The position numbers were made by a program, and so were the translations under genes. A stretch of DNA of 16,512 nt from Thermoplasmata archaeon (GTDB lineage Archaea; Thermoplasmatota; SW-10-69-26; JACQPN01; JAJPHT01): positions 1 to 16,512 of the forward strand of contig JAXDQU010000116.1 of NCBI GenBank assembly GCA_034667685.1, given 5' to 3'. The notes beneath the pieces are model-generated. The model was not told the origin of the DNA. It made no database searches and saw nothing but the letters and a program-made list of their open reading frames with translations. Every line of letters starts with the position of its first letter. The first letter of the stretch is position 1. Shown in pieces: positions 7,292 through 15,200 of the stretch.

Positions 7292-7437
7292 GAATCTCCG
7301 AATCTCGGAATCTCCGTGCGTGACCGTGGCAGAAACCCGAGAACCCGCAGACCCGAATCGGAGATCGGGTTCTCGGGTCTGCGGGTTCTCGGGTTTCTGC
7401 CACGGTCACGCACGGAGATTCCGAGATTCGGAGATTC
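7292..7437. repeat. Perfect 65-bp inverted repeat with 16-nt loop, built from octamer tandem repeats
   Basis: 7292-7356 is the exact reverse complement of 7373-7437. Each arm has 3x GAATCTCS and 3x (GAA/AGA/CAG)ACCCG around a unique GTGCGTGACCGTGGCA spacer. Confidence 0.95.
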
Positions 7438-7552
7438 CGTCCTTCCCCGCCGGAGGCGGCCCAGAACCAGCAAGACGAGACGTCGGATGCATCGGCCCTC
7501 GGACCCGCGCGATGACGAAACGATTTTCCCTCGCCGGAGCGCCTTGTGAGCC

Positions 7553-8887
7553 ATGCCCGATCCCCAGCAGGTCCTCGACGAGCTGCGCGCCTCGCCCGCC
7601 ACGCGCGTGAAGGTCGCCGTCACCGACGTCGACGGCGTGCTGCGCGGGAAGTACATGGACAAGGAGAAGTTCCTCTCCGCGGCCAAGTCGGGCTTCGGGT
7701 TCTGCAACGTCGTGTTCGGCTGGGACAGCGGCGACGTCTGCTACGACAACGCGACGTACACCGGCTGGCACACGGGCTATCCGGACGCCACGGCGCGCAT
7801 CGACCTGGGGACGCGGCGCAGCATCCCGTGGGAGGGCGGCACGCCGTTCTTCCTCGGCGATTTTGCCCAGGGCCCCTGCCCCCGCACGCTGCTCAAGACG
7901 ATCGTCGAGCGCGCGGCGCGGGCGGGCCATCATTCCGTCTTCGGCATGGAGTTCGAGTGGTTCAACTTCCGCGAGACGCCGCAGAGCCTCGCCGCGAAGG
8001 GGCACCGCGCGCCCGAGCCGATCACGCCGGGCATGTTCGGCTATTCGATCCTGCGCAGCGGGCAGAACCAGCCGCTCTTCGCCGCGCTGATGGACGAGAC
8101 GCGGGCGTTCGGCGTGCCGGTCGAGGGCCTGCATACCGAGACCGGGCCCGGCGTGCTGGAGGCCGCGCTCGCGCCCGGCGATCCCGTCGAGTCGGCGGAC
8201 CGGGCGGCGCTCTTCAAGATGGCGGCTCGTGATATCACGCAGCGCTTCGGCGTCATGCCCTCGTTCATGGCGAAGTGGAACGACAAGCTGCCCGGGTGCA
8301 GCGGCCACGTCCACCAGTCGCTCTGGAAGGGGGACAAGAACCTCTTCCACGCCGAGGGGGGCGAGGGCATCAGCGACACGATGCGCCACTACATGGCGGG
8401 CCAGCTCGCGGCGCTCCCCGAGATCCTGCCCATGTTCGCGCCCACCGTCAACTCGTACAAGCGTCTCGTGGACGGCTTCTGGGCGCCCACGAAGCCCACG
8501 TGGGGCGTGGACAACCGGACCACCGCCTTGCGCGCGATCCCCGGCAGCGCCAAGTCGACGCGCCTGGAGACGCGCGTGCCCGGCGCGGACGTCAACCCGT
8601 ACCTGGGCATCGCCGCCGCGCTCGCCTCGGGCCTGCACGGCGTCGAGAAGCGCCTGGAATTGCGCGACGCGCCGGTGGTCGGGAGCGCCTACCTCGACAA
8701 GACGGCGGCGCGCCTGCCGCGCAACCTCCAGGAGGCCACGGCCCGGATGGCCGACAGCAAGCTGGCCCGCGAGCTCTTCGGCGCGGAGTTCGTCGACCAC
8801 TTCGTCAGGACGCGCGAATGGGAGTGGCGCCAGTACCAGGACGCGGTAACGGACTGGGAGCTGCGCCGTTACTTCGAGATCATCTAG
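7553..8887 (+). CDS. Glutamine synthetase family protein, probably a gamma-glutamyl-amide ligase (PuuA/GlnA4-like) rather than a true GS
   Basis: D.DG.LRGK, GMEFEW, HTETGPG..E, FMAK, GCSGHVHQSL, NSYKRL, WGVDNRT, RLETRVPGADVNPYL, VTDWE..RYFE. Lacks FDGSS and has GFWAP where true GS has GYEAP. Confidence 0.92.
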   Translation: MPDPQQVLDELRASPATRVKVAVTDVDGVLRGKYMDKEKFLSAAKSGFGFCNVVFGWDSGDVCYDNATYTGWHTGYPDATARIDLGTRRSIPWEGGTPFFLGDFAQGPCPRTLLKTIVERAARAGHHSVFGMEFEWFNFRETPQSLAAKGHRAPEPITPGMFGYSILRSGQNQPLFAALMDETRAFGVPVEGLHTETGPGVLEAALAPGDPVESADRAALFKMAARDITQRFGVMPSFMAKWNDKLPGCSGHVHQSLWKGDKNLFHAEGGEGISDTMRHYMAGQLAALPEILPMFAPTVNSYKRLVDGFWAPTKPTWGVDNRTTALRAIPGSAKSTRLETRVPGADVNPYLGIAAALASGLHGVEKRLELRDAPVVGSAYLDKTAARLPRNLQEATARMADSKLARELFGAEFVDHFVRTREWEWRQYQDAVTDWELRRYFEII

Positions 8888-8973
8888 GGTCCGCCGGGCG
8901 GCGCTTTCCGGCCTCGCATGGTGCCTTAAGCCTCCGAAACGCGCATGCCCCCGACGAGCGGAGCGTCCTCTCC

Positions 8974-9279
8974 TTGCATGATCGCGTCAAACCCCGGCTG
9001 GGCGGGTCGGTCCCCCTCCCCTCGTTGAACGTCTTCCTCACGCTCCCCGACGGCCACCTCGGCGACGCCCTCTTCGAGCCCGAGCCGACCGCGGAGCAGA
9101 AGGCGAGGCGCCGCCTCGTGGAGGCGCAGGCCGCGTACGACGCAGCCTCCGCCCACCTCAACGGCGCCTCGGACGAGGAGAAGGCCGGCGCGCTCGCGGC
9201 CCTGCGGCGCGCCCGCGACGCGCTCCACCAGGCGGGCCGCGAGCTGCGCGCCGCGCGCGACTCCGGCTCGCCTCAGTAG
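8974..9279 (+). CDS. Small hypothetical protein, helical hairpin/coiled coil
   Basis: C-terminal part of ORF 8275..9279 with nearly all codons ending in G/C from 9025 onward (EQKARRRLVEAQAAYDAA...ALAALRRARDALHQAGRELRAAR). Only TTG starts (8974, 9025) are available early, so the start is uncertain. Converges on the giant gene with a 7-bp overlap. Confidence 0.6.
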   Translation: MHDRVKPRLGGSVPLPSLNVFLTLPDGHLGDALFEPEPTAEQKARRRLVEAQAAYDAASAHLNGASDEEKAGALAALRRARDALHQAGRELRAARDSGSPQ

Positions 9280-12200
9280 CAGGGCGCCGAGATCGACGCG
9301 CCCGACCCCGACGGGCCCAGGAAGAGGTTCGCCACGTCCACCGCGACGTCCGGGAAGATGGGGCCGGGGTTGGGCGTCACGACCCACATGTTCTCCGTGC
9401 CCGGCGCGCCCACGCTGAAGCCGTTCGTCTGCCGCCCGTGCGGGTGCGGGTTGAAGTTCAGGTTGATGTGGTACTTGTTGTACGTCCAGCTGCACGGGAA
9501 GTAGGTGTTGACGCTCCAGTACGGGGCCCAGTGCGCGCCCGACACGTGGAAGTCGATGCGCGGGTTGAGCGTCGTCGTGGTGTCGTAGCTCGCCAGCGTC
9601 CACGAGAGCGTCGTGGAGGCGACCTTGAGCTTCACGTAGGCGGCCGCGTGGAAGTCCACGCCGATGCTCACGCTGCCCCAGCCGAACTGGAACGCCGAGA
9701 AGCTGCCCGAGAGCTGCGAGGCGAGGCCGATCTTCAGCGTCGCGCTCGTGAACCCGGAGAGGCTCACGCGCAGGTCCTGGATGTTGGGCGTGAACGTGCC
9801 GTGCTCGCTGGCCTCCAGGCGGATCCAGTTGCTGCAGCTGGGCCAGCAGCCGCTCGCGCTCGACGAGAGGTGCATGTCGCCGTAGACGTGCGCCTCCAGG
9901 CTCGAGGTCGCCGGGCTCGACGCGATGCTCAGCGTCATGCCCGAGAGCGTGCCGGTCGTGGAGCGCCCGATGTTGGTCGCGTAGAGCGTCGCCACCGCGT
10001 GCAGGTCGCCGCCGAAGAGCGTCGCGCCCACCCAGAGCGTGACGTCGAGCGTGTCGGCGTTGGCGCTGTACGTGAAGCCCGGCGCCGCGGCCTGGTCGGA
10101 GCCCGACGTCTGCTGCACCCGGCCGAACGTCAGGTGCACGGTGGAAGGGATGTCGGTCAGGCTGACGCTCGCGCCCACGGACAGGGCGCCCGGTCCCGAG
10201 AACGAATCGAGGTAGGCGCCCGCCCGGAGGGACGTCATCGCGCTCGACATCGTGATGTCGACCGTCGAGATCGGGTTGCCAAACGTGCTCTGGTACGTCA
10301 GGCTCGTCGGGATGCCGGAGAGCGTCAGGTAGCCGCCCGCCCACAGGTTGCCGTTGTACATCCACGCCTGGAGGTCGAGCTGGCCCATCGCCGCGGAGGA
10401 CGTGTACGAGGCCGAGACGGTGTGCCCGCTCGCCGAGAACGGACCGAACTTGTAGCTGATGGGGCCGCTGATGCCGCTCTGCGTGAAGAGGAACCTCACC
10501 GCGGAGTTGGCGATCGTGTGGCGCAGGTCGGCGTCCGCCTGGATCCGGGCGGAGGAGCCGGGGTTGTAGCTGGTCACGCTCAGCGTCCGGCCCGAGCCGT
10601 CGAAGACGAGCCGCGTGGGCAGGCCCACGAGGTGGAGCGTCGACTTGTAGGCCGCGGGGCAGCCGTTGCACGCGCCGTCGCGCACGGCGACGCCCTGCCC
10701 GAGCCACGGCGGCGTGGGCACCGAGGACATGCTCGCCGCGTGGCCGACGTCCGCGCGCAGGTAGAGCTCGAAGTTGGCGCTCGCCGCGTACGTCCACTTG
10801 TCGGCGGTCTGGCTGAGCTGGACGAGCGTCGGGAAGCCGATCAGCGTCGCGCTCGCGTTGGCCGCGTTGCCGCTCAGCACCGCGTCGAAGCCCGCGCTGA
10901 GCGTGCCGCCCGAGCCGACCTTCAGCTCGCTCTGGAAGCCGTTCGTCGTCTTGCCGAAGCCCGCGCCCGCGACGTTGGAGACGTGGAGCGAGGCGGTGAG
11001 GTCGTTGGTCACGTCGCGGTAGTAGACCGCCACGTGGTCGCCGCCCAGCCGCCACACGTTGCTCGTGTCGGTGAGCGTCGCGTCGACGCTGCCGATCGAG
11101 CCGCTCGTGACGGTCAGGTTCGCGCCGCCCGAGGGCCACTTGAGGTTCCACGCCGTCGGGATCGACGTCAGGCCCAGCGTGGCGCTCCACGTACGGCCCA
11201 ACGCGCGCTGCCGCGCCGCCAGGGTCACCGAGGTGACGGACGACGAGGAGGTCCACGTGATCGCCTGGCCCGTCATGTCGAGCGCGAGCGTGATCGAGGC
11301 GGGGATGTTGCGCACGTCGGCCGAGTAGTACGTGCCGTCGAGCGGCGAGTAGTACGCGGTGACCTGGCCCACGACGCTCGAGGCGAGGTACCTCGCCGTC
11401 ACGCCGTCCCACGTCACCTGCACGTTGGCGGGCACGTTGGCGATGCCCAGCGCGAAGAAGGCCGTGGGCGTGTCGACCGTCGCGTTGAACGGCCGGGCGC
11501 TGGCGTCCTGGACGAGCGCGCTGAACTTCTGGCTGCGCGTGTCGATGCGGACCTGCTTGAGGCCCGTGTGCTGGACGTCGGCCCACGTGCCGGCCGCCGT
11601 CTTCTTGACCCACGCGTGGTCGATGGCGGGGACGCCGCCGAGGAACACGGTGTTGGTGGCGAACTGGAGGCGCACCGTGCCCAGGGCGCCCGAGCCGCTC
11701 GCCGCGCCCGCGCTGGTCTTCGCGTCGAACACGACCTGCCCGTCGCCGGCCAGGACGTCGATGTGCTGCGGGAGCGAGCTGATGGCGAGGTTCGCCGTCG
11801 GGCCGGCCGAGGCCGCGCGCACGAACGCATTGAGGCCCGTCAGCGGCGCGCTCGCGTCGTACGTCGCGGTGAACGGCGGGCCCATCGCCCACGTCAGCGA
11901 GAGCGAGGCGGGCAGGCTGGGCAGGTCGACGGCGCCGATGAGGCCCGTCGAGACGCGCCAGAGCCGCGCCGTGAGCGAGGTGCCCGACGCCGCGCCGGCG
12001 TACGAGAACGAGCCGCTGCCCGGGCGCATGCTCAGCGTCACGTCGTTGGGCAGCGCCGCGATCTGGAGCGTCGCGTAGGTGTCGCTGTCCAGGTCCGCGG
12101 TGGCGTTGAAGGTCTGTCCGCCGGGGGATAGCCGCAGGCGCGCGTAGGCGCCGTTGGTCGGGTCCGTCGTGGCGGTGATCTCGACGAGGCCGCTGAGCTG

Positions 12201-15200
12201 GAGGTCGACGCCGACGTCCGCGCCGCGCTTGATCACGTGCAGGTGGTCCGTGCCGCCCGTCGCGGCGTAGACGCCGTGCATGCTCAGGCGGGCCAGGATC
12301 TGGCCCACCGCGCCGCCCGTGGCGATGAAGCTGACGCCCGTGCCGCCGCCGGGCGCCCACGTGAGGTCCCAGCCGGTGGGGAGGCCGAGGATCGTCAGGT
12401 TCGCCAGGAGGCCCGCGCGGTTGTCGAGGGCGTAGTCCATGCGGCTGATCGCGGAGGAGGCCGCGTAGTGGATCGACGAGCCCGCGTAGTTCACGGTCAC
12501 GTCGTCAGGCACCGCGTCGATGCGCCCGTTGAACAGCACGAGGGGCGTGTCGGCCGCGAGGACGAAGACGCGCGCCGCGCTGTTCTTCACGTTGACGAAG
12601 AACGAGCCGGAGCCGCCCTGGACCGTCAGCGAGCGGAGGCCCGAGTATTTCAGCTCGGCCCACTTGCCCGTGCCGTTCTCCTTGTAGACCGCGTGGTCGT
12701 CGCTGGGCGTGTTGGTCAGGAAGTTGCCGTCCGACCCGTAGCGCAGCAGGATCTGGCCCACGGAGCCGGTGGCCGGCGCGGCGTTCCAGGCCGTGCGCGC
12801 GTCGAACGTGACGAGGCTGGGCGCGACCTGCGCCTTCATCCACGCGGGGATCGACGTCACGGTGAGGTTGTACGAGGCGCCGCTCGATCCCTCGTGGTAG
12901 AACACCATCGCGGCGCCGGCGATCGCCGAGGCGTTGTAGGTGATCAGCGCCGTGGGCGTCATCGTCCAGTCGACGCGCATCGCGGCGGGGAGCCCCTGGA
13001 GGTCGAGGCGCGCGACGTCGCCCGTCGAGAGCTTGCGGTACGTCGCCGTCACGTTGGCGCTCTGCGTGCCGGTGTAGACGAACGCCTTCGTGGGCGCGCG
13101 CAGGTCGGCCGAGATCAGCGTGGGCAGGTTGCTCACCCAGAGCGTCGCCACGACGTCCGCGTCGAGGCTGGCGTAGCCGTAGAAGGGCTGGCCGCCCGGC
13201 GAGAGCTGGAGCTTGTAGAGGCCGCCGTTGGTGGGATCGACGGTGAGCGCCACGAGGCCGTGGAGCAGCACGTCGATGCCCAGCGACGTCCCGTTCTTGA
13301 CGAGGTAGACGTGGTCGATCGCGTCCGTGGGCGCGGTGCCGTTGTTGATGGCGACCTTCGCGGCGATCGAGACGATGGGCCCGCTGCCCTGGTACGTCAC
13401 GTTCTGCGCGCCCCACTGGAGCGTCATGTTCGTGGGCAGGCCCAGGAGCGTCGCGTTGAGGAGCGTGCCGGTCTTGTTGTCGAAGCCGACGTCCACGCGC
13501 GAGACGTTCGAGGAGCCGTTGTACCAGACGGTGTTGTTGACGTAGTCCACCTGCGCGGTCGAGGGCACGGCGTCCACGTGCACGCCCGCGAGCATACTGG
13601 GCGTGTCGGCGCGGGCGACGAAGACGCGCGCCGCGGTGTTCTTCACGAGGACGTGGAGCTGGTGCGAGCGCGAGTCCGCGACCACCTGGCGCAGGCCCGT
13701 GTAGAGGATCTCCGCGCGCGTCACGCCGGCGTCCTGCACGAGGACGGCGTGGTCCTCCGGCGGGACGGTGGTGAGGAACGCGTCGTCGTCCGCGTAGCGC
13801 GCCAGGATCGAGCCCACGGAGCCGCTCGCGGGCGCGGCGGTGGCGCCGACGCGCGCGTCGAAGCTCGCGTAGTCCTGGTCGAACGTGGCCTGCATCCACG
13901 CGGGGATGCTCGTGACGGTCAGGTTGAACGCCTTCCCGCCGGTCGCGTCGCGGGAGTAGGCCATCAGCGAGCCCAGCGGGCCGGAGGCCGAGTAGGTCGC
14001 GACGATCGGGTACGCGGCGGTCCACGTCAGGCTCAGCGCCGAGGGGAGGCCGACGAGGTCGAGCACCGCCTTCTGGCCCGTCGCGTTGTCGTCCCACGTC
14101 GCGCGCACGTACGCGCCCGTCGCCACGCCCGCGTAGCTGAACGTGCGCGTGGCGGGCTGGAGGTCGGCCACGAGGCTCGCGGGCAGGCTCGACACGTAGA
14201 GCGAGCCCACCTTGCTGGGCTGGAGGAAGAGCAGGCCCTGGAAGGGCTGGCCGCCGGGCGAGAGGCCCAGCGCGAACCGGCCGCCCGCGGAGGCGTTGCC
14301 CTCCACGAGCGTGACGTTGGAGACGTTGAACCGGATGCCGAGCTGCGAGCCGTTCTGCACGAGCACGAAGTGGTCCATGCCCGGCACGGGGTCGGCGTTG
14401 CCGCCCGAGACGTTGACGGCGCCCGAGAGCGTGCCCACCGCGGGCGAGGCGACCACCTTGAGGGCGGGCGCGCTCGCGTCGTAGGTGAGCGTCAGGCTCG
14501 TGGGCACGGTGATGATGTCAAGGCCGGCGTCGAGCGTCGTCTTGCGCAGCCGCGCCGTGACGCGCGTGATCGACGCGCTGGCCGTGTACGTGATGACGCC
14601 GGAGGTCCCGGTGCTCCACGTCACGAGGATGTCGGCGGGGAGGTTGACGAGGTCGACGTCGAGCACGTAGCCCGAGATCTCCACGTGCGCGTAGACCTCC
14701 GAGACGGCGCCGCTGCCCACGTAGTGCAGGCTCGTCGCCAGCTCGGTGATCTCGATGCTCGTGGGGAGGTTCGAGACGTAGGCCGTGCCCAGCACGGTGG
14801 GCGTCTTGACGGAGGCGTTGAACGCCTGGCCCGCGCCCGCCTTGACCTTGGCGTAGAGGCGCCCGGCCGTGGCCTGGTCGAGGATCAGCTGGCTGAAGCT
14901 GCCCACGCGCCAGCCCATGCTCATCCCGCTCGCGGTCGCGTTGATCGTGAAGTGGTCGCCGGGCAGCACGTCGATGGGCTGGCCGCCGATGGAGAGGTTG
15001 CCCAGGATCTGCGTGATCGCGGGCGTCGCGTTGGCCGAGACGTAGCTCGTGCCGTACGCCACGAGATCCAGGTGCGTCGAGAGGCCCGTGACGTCCACGA
15101 GCGCGACGGTGGTAGGCGTGGCGAAGCTGGCGTACGAGAGGTTGACGTAGGAGGTGGCCGCGTTGGCGTCGTAGACGATCGTCGCGACGCCCGGGGACGT

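Noticed and set aside
7292-7437. CRISPR array or IS element
   Set aside because: No direct repeats separated by unique 30-40 bp spacers, no cas or transposase gene, and no evident target-site duplication.
7256-7610. ORFs crossing the palindrome (7256..7549 +, 7320..7610 +, 6979..7707 -, 6267..7409 -) that share identical peptides such as TESPNLGISVRDRGRNPRTRRPE
   Set aside because: The shared peptides are a direct consequence of the perfect inverted repeat; there is no coding-type codon bias or recognisable motif.
175-8800. Antisense ORFs mirroring real genes (175..618, 670..1527, 4207..5649, 5429..6589, 7406..8800)
   Set aside because: They lie opposite genes with clear family motifs and have none of their own.
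7553-8887. Calling the GS-family gene a canonical glnA
   Set aside because: The ammonia-site latch (FDGSS) and flap glutamate (GYEAP) are absent.
8891-8910. CCGCCGGGCGG hairpin followed by CGCTTTCC as a terminator after the GS-like gene
   Set aside because: The stem is very short, the T tract is only three bases, and such hairpins are expected by chance at this GC content.
9273-10000. Polymorphic toxin/immunity pair (giant protein C-terminus plus small ORF)
   Set aside because: No RHS/YD or haemagglutinin repeats or recognisable toxin motif, and the small ORF is convergent rather than co-transcribed downstream.
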